Assembly: GCA_013239625.1 (NCBI GenBank)
Contig: MU053881.1
Location: 8,517,957 to 8,581,956 of the forward strand
DNA from: Lama guanicoe
Taxonomy: Eukaryota
Reading direction: 5' to 3'
Length of the DNA stretch: 64,000 nt
Position 1 is the stretch's first letter, and every line of letters begins with the position of its first letter. The notes under the pieces are model-generated. The model was not told the DNA's origin. It did not search any database and saw only the letters and a program-made list of their open reading frames with translations. Of this stretch, positions 27,801 through 42,966 are shown one piece after another. The translations under genes were made by a program, and so were the position numbers.

Positions 27801-28754
27801 ACTAAGAGATGCTGGCTTGGTGGGCCAGGGGGACTGTCCCTGGGCTTTCTGAGTCATTTGCTCTGGATCCTAGCCCTGCTTCTGCAGAGCGATGAAATCC
27901 CCATTATCTCCTTGGCCTTGAGTTCTCTACTCACAAATTACAACTCATCTCAATTGGTGGTTGGGGGACAGGCTGGGATAATGGAAGAGGCTGTGCTTGG
28001 GAGGTAACGGCACTTAGATAAATGAGCAAAATGATGGCTATTCATCCACTGACTGGTCCCCAAGGGGCAGAGCTGGGAGAGCGCTGTTCTCAATTACCCA
28101 GCAGCTCTTCCTGGCCTCTCTCTAGTCTAGTTACACAGCCTGGACAATTACTCAGAGCAGCTGAGACCTTGCGGACTTTCACTGGGCCGAGTGTGGGTTC
28201 TGCAGCGGGGAGTATCTGAGCAGCGATGTCCAACTGTGGCCGAGGTCTCAGCTGCACCCAAATTGAAACTGACCGCCTCTCGGTCGTTACTGAGACACCC
28301 AAGCACAAATTACGTTCTGAAAACTCAATCTGTACACATTTGGGCCATAAAACGCTGAGGTTTTATGTGAAGCATAAAAATGTTCTTTAATGGGACAGAG
28401 ACTGCAAACCACCATTTTATTACGTCCCATAAAAGCCAAAAGGGTTATGATCTTGGAGTCAGTGCAGATGGTAGGTTGCTGCTGGATTTCTCTGTGCTGT
28501 TGTTAATCAAGGAGCGACTCAAGGGTATATTACTGAACAGATAATGATGCCACAATTAAGGTAATAATTGAGGCTGGGAAGAAATATGTGCTGTGCCAGA
28601 CAGGTGACAGCACGGACTCACTTTCACACGAAGGCACCACGTTTCATGCCCCTTTTATACCCAGCTCCAGTGTTTTCCTCCGCTACTGACGTGCCCTCGG
28701 CTCCCACACGGTTCTGTTTGCCAGCGGGAATGATAACCATCTTCAGGATTCTCA

Positions 28755-29066
<312 letters not shown>

Positions 29067-29129
29067 TTACACGGATTCTAGGAAGCAGACGTCCTTCTGG
29101 ACGTGGTCAGTTGATACCCCCCACGTGGT

Positions 29130-29345
29130 AATTTAGGATGGTGCTGAAGTAAGAGAGATCGACGTTCAAGTCCCCGCGCTGTGTGACCTTGGGCAAGTTC
29201 CTGCCCCTCTCTCAGCCTTGGGTTTCTCAGCAATGAATTGGGATAATAACTGTACTAACCTTACTGGGTTGTTGTGAGGATTGAAGGAGAAAATCCACGT
29301 AAAGGGCTTATCGTAGTGCCTGGCACGTGGGTTGCTCAATAAATG
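29130..29345 (+). mobile_element. MIR SINE, near full length
   Basis: gctgtgtgaccttgggcaagtt...gggttgttgtgaggatt...gtgcctggcacgtgggttgctcaataaatg. Confidence 0.85.
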
Positions 29346-31348
29346 TGAACTTCATTTGGCAAGTATTGAAGGCAGCGTCTATTAAAGGCCGGTCAGTGTG
29401 CTTAGAAGCGCGAGACCCAGTGCTGAGCTCGACGTGATGATGGTGAAGCCAGTGCAGGACCCCTGGGCGGGGCCGGCTGCAGGAGGCCGGCTCGTTACGG
29501 AAGCGGGGTTCCCTGAGCGTGTGGAGTGCAGAGAGTCGTCTGGCTCCTGAGATGCTTTTTTCTCAGGTGCCTGCTCTTCAAGGAGAGGTCAAGAGAGAGC
29601 CCTAGGTGCTCAGAGTAAGACGGCCCTTCTCTGCTAGGGGTCCAGACTGAGTGGGCCCCACTGTTACTCTCACCGCCTCTTTCCCTGAATTCCTTCTTAG
29701 CGATTTCATTATCCAAGCTGTTGATCCTTCCAGCATCCCTGCCTCTTAGGTTTTTGATGATCCTTCCCCCACTAACTCTCCTGCTCATCCTCTGGACCTT
29801 TGTCATCACCAATCAGTTGGATCCCCCGTGATAGTCATTTCCTGTACGTCACCCTCTGACCAGCACCTGGACTCTTTCTAGTTCACTCCCCTTTTGTCAC
29901 CTGACACCCATGTTCCCTGACCTCGGACCTTCAACCTACCCTAAGCTTCTTTTCTGTCCCTCAGCATCTTGGTCTCGCTTCTGCTCTTTCCTAGCACACA
30001 TCCCGTGGTCGATCATTACTCATTCCCTCATGTCTGTTCTCAGAGCCTTGCCCTTTTCTCACTTCAGCACACTTCCTTGCCGAAATCACAATTTTGGTTA
30101 AATCAGAGAAGGCTCTGCCTTTCCGTGTTTGTCCTTGTGTGGCCCAAGGGGGCAGCAGACATGAATGTAACTGTGCCGACTGGCGTCTCTAAATTCCCAA
30201 CCACAATCCCAGTTGTGCCTTCCCGCTTGCCTGGCAATCCGACTCGTCCCGTCCTCCGTTCAGTCCTTGCCCCATTCTGCTGGGTGAGTCTGCCTCTTCT
30301 CATCTCTCCTAAAACCTCCCACACCTGCTTTCCCTGCTTCACTGTAGCAGCTCACCTTCTTTCCTCTTCTCCTAAGAAAACTGGTGAAGCCAGAGGGGAC
30401 TTCCCCTAAACTCTCATCATATTTACCACCATCGGCACCCATACTCCCCACCTCCTTCCCCTCGTTACTCTAGATGAGCTTTCAAATCAAACCTGCACTA
30501 GGTCACGTTCATTTTTGCCCACTCAAGGATGTCACTCCAGCAACCCCCGCCCCCCATCAGTTTACTCCCTCTTCTAATGGATCAGCCCCATCAGCTTACA
30601 AACACGCAACTGAATGTCCACCTTAAAAATTCCTCCCTTGTTCCTGCTTCTCCCTTTAGCCATCACCCGTTTCTCATCCCCTTTACAAGAACTTCTCAAA
30701 CTCACAATAATTCTCTATACTCAGCTGTCTCCCATTCTCCTCTGAACCAGGCTTCGCTCCCAAATGCTCATGAAAACAACTCTCATCAAGGCCACAGATG
30801 ACCTCCATGTTGCTAAGTCCAATGTTGGCTGTGGTCCTCATCTCATTTGACCTGTCAGAAGTATCTGACCAACTGAACGCTCCTGCCCCTCTCTCTTTTT
30901 CTTGGCTTTCTGAACATGACAGTCTCCTATTGTCCCTCTCGTACCTTAGTGGCCACTCCGTGTCCCTCTTTGGTTCCTCCTCATCTCCCTGATCTTAATG
31001 TCAGGATATCCTAGACTCAGTCTATGAACTTTTTCTCCACTCTACCTGCTCTTACAAACATGGTGACCATATCCAGCCTCAGGGCCCTAAATACCATTTA
31101 CATGCTGGTGCCGACTCCAAAGTCTGTATCTCCGTCCAGGACCTCTCCCTAGGCTCCAAACAAACATATCTAACTACACTTTAAACTTCTCTCCAAACCA
31201 GAGTTGAACTCCTCATCTTCCTCCTCACACCTGTTCCACCCAATCTTTTCCATCCCGGGTTAGGGCAACTCCATCCTTCCAGCTACCATCCTTGGCTTCT
31301 TTTTCTTACTCTCCATGTGTAAACCATCAGTAAATATGTCACTTTATA

Positions 31349-31480
31349 GGGCAGAGGGTATATAGCTCAGTGGTAGAACATGTGCTTAGCATGCAGGAGG
31401 TCCTGGGTTCAATCCCAAGTACCTCCATTAAAAAAAAACCTAATAAAATAAACCTAATTACCCCCCCCACCAGAAAAGAA
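31349..31480 (+). mobile_element. Camelid vic-1-type tRNA-derived SINE
   Basis: ggcagagggtatatagctcagtggtagaacatgtgcttagcatgcaggaggtcctgggttcaatcccaagtacctcc with A/B boxes, then aaataaacctaattaccccccc tail. Confidence 0.85.
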
Positions 31481-31494
31481 TACTTTACTTAAAA

Positions 31495-32075
31495 AAAAAT
31501 TAAGGTAGGGCTCACATAATATAAACTTAATCATTTTAAACATTTTAAAGAGTTGAATTCAGTGGCTTCCAGTACATTCCCAGTGTTGGACAACCGTCCT
31601 TTCTCTCAAATTCCAGAACACGTTTGTACCCCCTAGAGAAACCTCGTACCCACTGGCAGTCATTCTGCGTTCCCCTTTCCCTTGGTCCCTGACAGCCACC
31701 ACTGCTTTCTGTCTCTGGATATGCCTGTTCTGGACATTTCCTATAAATGACCTCATCCATGATGTGGCCTTTTGTGTCTGGCTTCTGGCTTCCTTCTCTC
31801 AGCGTAATGTTTTCAAGGTCCATCCATGTTGTAGTCTGTGTCATATTTCATTCCTTTTTATGGCTGAATAATATTCTCCTGTTTGGATATACCGCATTTT
31901 GTTAACTCATCAGTTAGTGGATATTTGGGGTTTACACTTTTTTTTTCACTATTATGAATAACACTATTAGGGACATTCATGTACAGATTGATTTTGAAAA
32001 CCTGCTTTCATTTCTCTTGCATATATATCTGAGTGTGGAATTGCTGGGTCATATGGTTAAATCCTTTATGTTTAT
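31495..32075 (-). mobile_element. Old L1 3' end (L1MB-like)
   Basis: ttcaaggtccatccatgttgtag...tttcattcctttttatggctgaataatattc...ggaattgctgggtcatatgg. Confidence 0.85.
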
Positions 32076-33200
32076 TTTATTATGTTTATTCATTTAATTT
32101 TTTTTTACTTCTACTTTTAAAATAGACCAGAGTGTGTGTCAGCTTCTCGCCACTTGCCCCACCCCCACCACGCCCACCACCCCCACCACCTGCACCCTGG
32201 CCTGTCATCTCTTGCCTGGACTTCTGACCGGCCTCCCCCTTGACCTCTGTGCTCTGCACACTTCGTCAGCCCAGTGGCTGGAATAAGCCTAGAGACACTG
32301 GCCAGACCCTGCCCTGCGTCCGCTTAGCACACCCCAGGGACCCCCATTTCTCTCAGTGAGAAAGTCTGAGTCCTCATGGTCTGCAAGGACCCTTGCCGTG
32401 ATCGCTCTGACCTCATCCTCTCCTGCCCTCTCTCGCTCACCCAGCTCCAGCCTCTGTGCTATTCCTCAAACATGCCAGGTGCACGCTGACCTCGGGGGCC
32501 TTGCCACCAGCCACCCTTCTGCCTGGAGTGCACTTCCCTAAAGGGATCTTCTGACTTTCTCACTGTTTTCCCTTTTTCAAGTTGTATTCAGCTGTTGTCT
32601 CTCCCACAAGGCCCACCTCAGTCACCAAGTTTAAACCCTGCCCATCCCCAGCCCCACAATCCCGAGTCCCCTTCCTCCCCTCAGCCCCCACCCCTACCCC
32701 CAGGGCGGTGGCCACTCTCTTACGTGCTGTCTCATCTGGGTGTTCATTGTATTTACTGTTTGTTGTCTGTCTCCCTCACTGAGAATGTAAGCTCCGCCAG
32801 GACAGGGAGTTAAAAAATCTGTTTTGTTCACTGATGTCTCCCCAGGCAGGCCTGGCACAAAATAGGTGCTCAGTAAGCATCCGTGGAATGGATGAATGAA
32901 CAGACACTGAACAGTTGGGGCAGAAGCTCCCGTGAGCAGTGTGAGTGACAGAGAACTACCTGCATCTGCCTGAGAACGTGCTTCTCAAGGGGTGGAGTGA
33001 GGTCTGCCTCCCTCCTGCCCTGGGACTGCTGTGAGGGATTTAGTGTTGACTGTGCTGCTGGGCATACAGGCTGAGACGAACCCCCTCATGGGAGGGACTC
33101 TGGGATCCATGGCGTATCCACTGGTCTTGGGTCCAGACTAGCTCCTTGAATGACTTGGCAACTGCACGTATTAGTGATAGCCCGTTGAAGAGTCATTTAA

Positions 33201-34060
33201 CATTAATAACCATAAGAGAAGTGCAAACCAAAACCACAGTGAGATACCACCTCACACCTGTCAGAATTGCTGTCATCAAAAAGCCAAGAAACAATAAATG
33301 TTGGTGAGGATGTGGAGAAAAGGGAACACCTGTGCCCTGTTGATGGGAGTGTGAACTGGTGCAGCCACTATGGCAAGCAGTGCGGAGCGGTCCTCAAAAA
33401 CTGAAAACAGAGCTACCATGTGAGCTAGCAATTCCACTCCTGGGTATTTATCCAAAGAAAACACTAATTTGGAAAAAATATATGCACCCCAGTGTTCACT
33501 GCAGCATTATTTACAATAGCCACAATATGGATGCAACCGAAGTGTCCACTGACAGATGAATGAATAAAGAAGATGTGGTGTCTGTCTGTCTGTCTGTCTG
33601 TCTAATCTATCTAATCTATCTATCTATCATGGAATATGACTCAGCTATAAAAAAGAACGAAACCCTGCAATATGTTTTACAACATGGATGGACCTGGGGG
33701 GTATTAGGCTAAGTGAAAAAAGTCAGAGAAAGAGAAGTACTATGTATGTTTTTACTTATATGTGGTATCTAAAAAGCAAAACAAATGAACAAATGTAACA
33801 AAACAGAAACAGATTCACAGATACAGAGAGCAAACATGTGGTTGCCAGAGGGTGGAGGAATGGGCTAGAGAGGTGAAGGAGATGAAGAGGTTATAACTGC
33901 TGGTTATAAAAGAAGTAGGTCAGAGGGATGTAATATACAACACAGGGAATACAGTAGTGTTGTAATAACTTTGGTGCATAATCTATAAACGTACTGAGCC
34001 ACTATGTTGTATACTTGGAACTAATATAATATTGTAAGTCAACTATATTTCAATAAAAAA
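33201..34060 (+). mobile_element. 5'-truncated L1 (ORF2 C-terminus and 3'UTR) with TSD gtcatttaa and an internal (TGTC)n(TATC)n tract
   Basis: gagataccacctcacacctgtcagaat...caactatatttcAATAAA; gtcatttaa at 33192-33200 and 34062-34070. Confidence 0.9.
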
Positions 34061-36255
34061 GGTCATTTAAGAATACAGATTTGAAATTGCCTTCAAAAGT
34101 GTGGCAGCATCAAGCAGAGAGAAGCCTGGCGTTAGTCCAGCAAGGATTGTATGTATCCACGGAGCATCTGTGCAGAGGTAGTGCTGAAGGCGGTGCAGTG
34201 TGGGTTTCCAAACTTTGGATCTTCGTGGTCAGCCTTTGTGATCACCGGTCCTGACTGTTTTGCCATATCCAGGTATCACCTGGACCAGTATTTACTATTT
34301 AATTAAAAATACTTTTTTGCCTTTTCTACTTAAGTAAATCCACTAAACAAAACAAAACAAAAAACTTTGTCACTACATTTATGAGAAAGCAGACTCACTT
34401 GAAAGCAAACAGAAAATAACTAAATTAAAACAAAGCAATGCAATTAAATTGGAGCATGATTTTGTTACCTGCTACTGGGGGAGTCTTAGACCTGCTCTCT
34501 CCATTAAAAAGGGAGATTAGAAGTGTTAACGAGGGTTAAATACATGCCAGCATCCAGAGGAGGATAAAAAGAGCACTGAAAAGAGACTAACTTTCCCCAC
34601 CTTTGTTTCCATGTTATTTAATACCTCACCTGTACAACATATAAAACCATCCCATCTTTCACCAGGGACGTGGAGGGTGTGGAGGGAATCCCAAGAAAGG
34701 CAGGTGAGGTCTTCACCCTTAGACGAGTCTCCCCACCCTGATCTGTTCCCTGTAGGGATCCCTCCCTAGTAGCCAGGAGGCCACGTTAAGAAGCCCCTGC
34801 CTTGGAGACCAGACATTTCAGTGGCAGCTGCCATGAACAGTAATAGCTCATGTCATCTACCTGTTTTTTTTTTTTTTAAAGTTTCTGTCATGGCTTGTTT
34901 TCTGAATTAAACCTATTCTGGAATGTTGCTTGTCTATTTCTGCAAAAGGCACTTCTGGCATCACACAGATGCCCCTCCTCCTTTCAAAGTAATTGGTGTT
35001 ATCTGGTGACAGGCTCCTTAAACACTCTGTCAAGAGGGAGGCCTTGAGGTAGGAGCTGGCGACATGGCCCCTCCTCACAGCTCATCCCCCCCCGCCCCGT
35101 GTCCTTCACGTGCGTGTGCCACTGAAGCACGCGCGCGCTCTGGAAGTCACTGTCAGCCCAGCAGGCGAGGCGCTAAGTGAAGACACAGGAGAGGGTGGGA
35201 AACTGGACCCCAGAGAACCCGACTTCGTGCTCGCGTGTGCCTGGGCTTTGTGGGACCTGCCGGGGAGAAGGGTGGGAGCCAGTCAGTCATCCTGGGTGAC
35301 AGCGAGGAGGTTTGCTTCCCTGGAAATGTAGGGGTTCGGGTTTGCCCGAGCAATGCCACTCAGGGCGGGGCTGGGATCTGTTCCGGGGTCGAGCTGGAGG
35401 CCCCTGGAAACCCTGGAGAGCTACTCAGGTGTGGTGTCCTCACTGCTCACCTACACACTCACGGCTCCGAGCCTGTAGCTGCTTGTGAGTGAACGCGTTC
35501 CTACGCTGACCCCCTTGCGATCAGCACAGTGTTGCCAGTGAAGGCAGTAAGGCTCAGAAAGGTTAAGACATTTGTCCACGTCACACAGCCGGTGACCGGC
35601 AAGGCCAGAATTGGTGTCTGGAGTCGTACTCGGGTTCTAACGGCAGAAGGGACGGGTGGGAAGACAGGCCAGACTTGAGCCAGAGCACAGGTCTTGGTTT
35701 GCCCTGAACCGAGGAGTTTCCCAGGATGCTGACGCTGGAGAAGCCTAGGGCACTGCAGGTTGTTGGTGAGGGGGCCTGTCTCCCAGTCTGTCTTTCATAT
35801 CCTTTCTTCTAATATCTTCATCACAGATACACGAATCATCAATGTATTACTGTAAACAACAACTCTTAAAAAGGGTGCATGCTTAAAGCCCGTGAACGGG
35901 AGAGGGATCCACTCCTTGCCCTCCCTCACCTCTCCTGGCAGCTACACCTCTGTTCCAAGTGTGATTCGTTTTAATTCATTTGAGCTCCTAAGAGGTTTTT
36001 ATTGTGCGCGGCTCTCCTTTGTGCCAGCATTTTGGGGGAGGAAACAGCCCCCTCCAGCCTCAGGAGCTGTCTTTTGCATTCAGAGAGCTCTGTTCCCAAA
36101 CAGCAAAGATTCTTTTGAGCCCCAGAGAGAGAGAGAAGGTTCTGTTGGTCGAGTTCTGGCTGACTATGTCTTAATTACTTCTTCCCCTTAAATTGTGAGC
36201 GACAAGTTCAACCACTCCGTTCCTCTCCTAAGATGCAAATTAAGACTCATTTAGT

Positions 36256-36390
36256 GGGGAGAGCATAGCTCAGCAGTGGAGCGCGTGCCTATAGCATGCA
36301 CGAGGTCCTGGGTTCAATCCCCAGTACCTCCGTTAAAGAGAAATAAATAAAAACCTCATTAATCACCCCCCCAAAAAATTTAAAAAAAAA
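36256..36390 (+). mobile_element. Camelid vic-1-type SINE with TSD
   Basis: ggggagagcatagctcagcagtggagcgcgtgcctatagcatgcacgaggtcctgggttcaatccccagtacctcc; TSD aagactcat(t/g)tag on both sides. Confidence 0.9.
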
Positions 36391-37114
36391 AGACTCATGT
36401 AGATGGGGTTTACAGGTTAGCCAGCGTCGGCGTGCTGGGGGTGGTGCGGTGTTCTCCGCTGGGGTGCAGTCTCCAGGGGACAGCTCGCCGGGTCCTGCTC
36501 TCTCCACCCAGACCCCTTATTCCTGCTTTGACTGCAGACCATCAGCCCTCTGCCTGGGGCTTCTCTAACACTACCTTTTATTTTAGACTCTTTCTAATGG
36601 TTTCTAGATTCAGTTTTGTTGGACCTGGTACAATCTGATTCGATGCCCATTTATTGAGTCTCCATGAAGCAGTGGAATGAGAAGAGCCATCCTGCTATTC
36701 AGAAAACTCTGCTTATTTTTTTTCTCTTGTCTTTTCAGGAGAACCAGGAAAGTTGCTGAGGGGGTCGGTGAGGTTGAATACATTCTGCGAATGGTTTTGT
36801 TTGGGTCTTGGCAGCTATAGGCGTCTGTTCAGTCCACATTAAGGGCTTTCTTTTTATTTGCCTCTGGCCAGTTCATCCCTAAGGTATCAAGTGCCAAGCA
36901 AGGCTCTAGGAAGCACAGTCTTGGGGGTTGGGACCTTTTCCTTTGAGTAAGACAGGCATGGACTGCCTCCCCATTCACATTGCTGCCTTTGTCTGGAACA
37001 GTCTCCCTCTCCCTCCCCACTTCATAGTGGTCTCTGCTTAAATGCCACCTCCCCAACTCCGTGAGCACCCTAAATGAAGGAGACACTAACCATCACTCTC
37101 TTTAATCCCTTATC

Positions 37115-37232
37115 TTTTTTTGGGAGGGGTGAGGTAAATAGGTTTATTTATTGTTACTATTTTTTAATGGAGGTGCTGGGGATTGAACCCAGGACCTTGT
37201 GCATGCTCTACCACTGAGCTCCACCCTCCCCC
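37115..37232 (-). mobile_element. Camelid vic-1-type SINE
   Basis: ggaggtgctggggattgaacccaggaccttgtgcatgctctaccactgagct; approximate TSD ccctta(t/c)ctttt. Confidence 0.85.
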
Positions 37233-38559
37233 ACCACCCCTTACCTTTTAAAGTTATCTTCATAGACCTTATTATTGGAGATTATATACATATGGGTGTG
37301 CATTTTCCTGAGAGGTCCTTCAATTTGAAACTGCAGTGGACTGGGGGACAAAAATCACGCTAAGCCACGGGGAAGGGGGGAAGCCCTGGCAGAGGAGCAG
37401 GGCAGGGCCTCCTGATGAGGTGCATTGGGGAGAACAGGAGGAAACTAGCTTGGCCGTAATTCCTAGACTCCAAAGGTACCAGCTACTTTTGGTTGTGGGG
37501 GAAGGCTAAGTTCAGCTTCAAAGGCTCTGGAACTTGTCAGTGAGGCACAGATCGCCACAAGGTGACGTTGAAGGTCATCTGTTTCTGCAGCATGGGGCAT
37601 GGAGGGCCGTGCTGTGCTCCACGTCGCTGCTGCTTCTGTTCCTGTCTTGGAGATGGATGAGTGCTCCTGGGTCACCTGAGGATAGGGACTCTGGGCTTCA
37701 TGCTTCCCTGGCCCCCAAGAGCTATGAATTTCCTGGAACTTGGGGGGCCTTGGAATTGGGGTCCCCATCATTGCTCCTCTACAGTGCATGGACAGGTGAG
37801 ATGACCCTGGATTCCTTGCTGAAGGTTGGTCTCTTTCCTTCCTTCCTCCCATTCATCCATCCATCCATCCAGATTTCCTTGCTTATTTCCCTAAGGATAA
37901 GGACTTTATCTTGCTCTCCACTGCATCTCGAGTTCTTATATGTCAGATGAAAATATTCGTTGAATAGGTGAATGGATGGATGATTAGGTGGATGGAGAGA
38001 GATGCGGTATATGGATGGATAGGGGCCTCATTTTACCAGTTTCTCACGTATCACGAGGAAGTGGATGATTTGCCCTTCTTGGCTCCTCTATCCACACCCG
38101 TCTCCAAGCTTCCTACGTCCTTTTGACTTTTGCTCATAGTCTTTCTTCAGCCTTGAGCTCAATTCTGCCAACCAAGATCCCCTTCATCCTTCAGGCTCAG
38201 TTTGACGTGGGGCCCTTCTGTGCTAACGTCAGAATGTTCAAATCTGAAGTCATCTGCATGTGTACTATGTACACGCACACACACACTCCTTTGAGAGAAG
38301 AGTGTTTGCCTTGTTTAGCACTGTGTCCCCGGAATGGAGCATGCTGCTGCCCTATAAATGCTTGTTGAATAAGCAGCTTAACAAACGCTTACGTGGTGGC
38401 ACAGACTTCACTCTGCTTCGCATTATCATTGGTTACTTGTATCTCGCCAGCCTGCCTGTGAGGTCAGGAACCGTGTCTCAGTCACCTCAGTCCCTATGCT
38501 AATTCATTGCTTCGCTGGCAGTGATGACGTGAATAACACGGGCAGACAGCCTCTTGTGA

Positions 38560-38740
38560 CGTCTTCTAAGTGCCAGGCACTAGGCTTTACCTACGGAAGT
38601 TCATTTACTTCTTACCATCCCTCTATGGTAAGTGGGCCCTTTTGCAGGGAAGGAAACCAGAGCTCAGAGGCATTGGACAACTAGCCTGAGGTCCTCTGGC
38701 TTATAAACAGAATTTGAACCAGGTATTTCTGAGACCGGAG
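38560..38740 (-). mobile_element. MIR SINE
   Basis: aagtgccaggcactaggctttac...ggaaaccagagctcagagg...agaatttgaaccaggt. Confidence 0.7.
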
Positions 38741-38808
38741 TCCCATTCTTTCCCCCTTCCTAAGGCTGTTTTCCTCTTTGGGGGTAGGAAGGGCTCTTAT
38801 AAAAGCTA

Positions 38809-40707
<1,899 letters not shown>

Positions 40708-40810
40708 TCAATTCAGAAGTCATGAAAGCTGCAGTAGTCTAGACCAGAGATTACAGGTGAGCTGACCTCCTCGGGCAGGCTGCTCTGTGGGGTCACGGTG
40801 ACTACTTAAG

Positions 40811-41242
40811 AGCAATGCTTCCTAAACTTTAACGGGCATGCTAAATACCCAGGGATCTTGTTAAAAGGCAGATTTTTTTTTTAATGGAAGTATAGTGAGT
40901 TTACAATGCATCGATTTCTGGTGTACAGCACAGTAGTTCAGTCATACATGAACACAACGTATATTCATTGTCATAGTCTTTTTCACCGTGGGTTACTACA
41001 AGATATTGAATACAGTTCCCTGTGCTGTACAGTATGAACTTGTTAATTGGATTTTGTGAGAATCCTGTATGTTGGAATGAGACCCTCTGCCAGAGTTCAG
41101 TAGGCATCCCGTGCGATTCAGTGGGTCTGTAGACGTAATTCTTGGTGTATTTGTGGGAGAGGGCGAGCTGTGAGTCCCTCTACTCTGCCATCTTGGCTCC
41201 ACCCTCAAAAGTGTGCTTGGACCGCACTTTGAGTAGTAAGGG
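40811..41242 (+). mobile_element. MER5A1-like MITE split by the mini-L1 (left arm 40811-40874, right arm ~41215-41242)
   Basis: gcaatgcttcctaaactttaacgggcatgc...ggatcttgttaaaaggcagatt and tggaccgcactttgagtagtaagg match the two ends of MER5A1 as recalled. Confidence 0.65.
40873..41206 (-). mobile_element. Bipartite mini-L1: L1 5'UTR start joined directly to an L1 3' end and poly(A)
   Basis: Minus strand gagggtggagccaagatggcagagtagagggactcacagctcgccctctcccacaaatacacc... (L1 5' end), then aacaagttcatactgtacagcacagggaactgtattcaatatcttgtag...ctatacttccattaaaaaaaaaa (L1 3' end). Confidence 0.8.
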
Positions 41243-42236
41243 GTTTGAGGGCCTGAGCTGCGAGGCACTGAGTTTGCCTCCAGGATAACAAGGAATCCTG
41301 AGATTGGTTAGAAAGGACTGCTGCTGGCCCAGCAGGGGACAGATGTGGGACACGTACCATGTTTTGGGCACCCCTGAGTAAATCTAAAGACAAAGCACAC
41401 CCTCCATCTAGAAGCTACTGAAAAGATTCAGTAACCGAGTCATTGATTCTTTGGGGGAAAAAATGGCCTCAAACTTGAGGCCATGGGGAGAGTTGCCTCC
41501 CCTGGTCAACCATCCTAGTATTTTACGGCACAATGAGAACAGTACTGAGGAGGGACCAGAGGGACAGCAGCCCCTCTTAGCAGCTCTGTCTGCAAGTGAC
41601 CGCTGTCACGAGGAGGCAAGAAAGGAAGAAATGGAAATGGCCTTGTGTGGAGGTGAGTCCAGGTGAGGGGCCCAGGCTGAGCAGCCCCTGGCTAAAATGG
41701 CTAGATGACCAGGGCAGCCTTTAAAAGTCTCGGCTTGTACCCCGAAGGGACCTCTTTTTACTGCTGCGCCAACCTGACCTTTTCTACCTGAATGTGATTT
41801 GCAGATGCAGGGAGTTATGCAGAGAGAATCTGCTGGTTGGTTCAGCCAGTAGGCCAAGTAGCAGGGTGTTGCTCTGTGTGCTTGAGTTTTAAGCAGAATT
41901 CCCTACCCTGATGGCTTAATTTCAGGCAAGGCAGAAATGAATCACTGTATTTCCAATTCATAAGGAATGAATAGCTGTCCTGCCAGTGGGATGAGTCTGT
42001 CTGCTTTAATAGCACTGGTTTTTTTTTTTTTTTGGAATCAAATCAGAATTTCCATCCTTTTTGCCATCACTGAGTGGCTAGCATTTTTTTTTTTTTTTTG
42101 CTTTTAATGGTAGTAATGCTTAGCTACAAATAACATTTTCCTTTGGATTTCCCCCCCTCCCAGAGGGTGGGAGCACCTTGGAGGGTCTAAGTAAAGATGT
42201 TAAAATGTCTTACGGCAAAGGCATCAGGTCAGCTTA

Positions 42237-42590
<354 letters not shown>

Positions 42591-42838
42591 CTAGGAAAAC
42601 ACAATGGGCTTGTTTTGAAACACACTGGGGCATGTTAGCTTAGGCTTCTCAGGGACATGGCTGGCACGGCCAGGGCGTGTGTGTGTTAAAAGAAGAAATA
42701 ACCTTGAAGTTACTTTAGTTACTTACTAAACTGTCAATCACATAGAAAATGGTAATACATGTAGAAAATGGCAGTACTTGTAGGGTGCCCTAGAATACAG
42801 AAATGAGGCTGCTTCTGATCGGAGGTGACTGATCTGGG

Positions 42839-42966
42839 CATGGCTGCCATGGGCAGTTGAGTAGGCTGTGCACTGTGCAATTACCAGGTTGCCATCATGT
42901 TGTAGATAGCGTGAATGGTGAAAACTGTGCAGTGCACACATTACATAGCCATACACAATAGCCCTG
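42839..42966. mobile_element. MER91-like palindromic hAT MITE
   Basis: ggctgccatgggcagttgagtaggctgtgcactgtgca...tgtgcagtgcacac...atagccctg, internal inverted symmetry. Confidence 0.65.

Larger units (their letters stand above)
29660..32900 (+). mobile_element. Long degraded L2 (ORF2 remnant to 3' end), interrupted by a SINE and an L1 at 31349-32075
   Basis: tcaaggccacagatgacctccatgttgctaagtccaatg (L2 RT region) and 3' end gcctggcacaaaataggtgctcagtaagcatccgtggaatggatgaatgaa. Confidence 0.8.

Noticed and set aside
31349..31430. tRNA genes (also 36256, 37170, 46950)
   Set aside because: A/B boxes are followed by SINE-specific tails, with TSDs at most copies; these are tRNA-derived SINEs.
42839..42966. 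Possible pre-miRNA hairpin
   Set aside because: The symmetry is explained by a MER91-like palindromic MITE.
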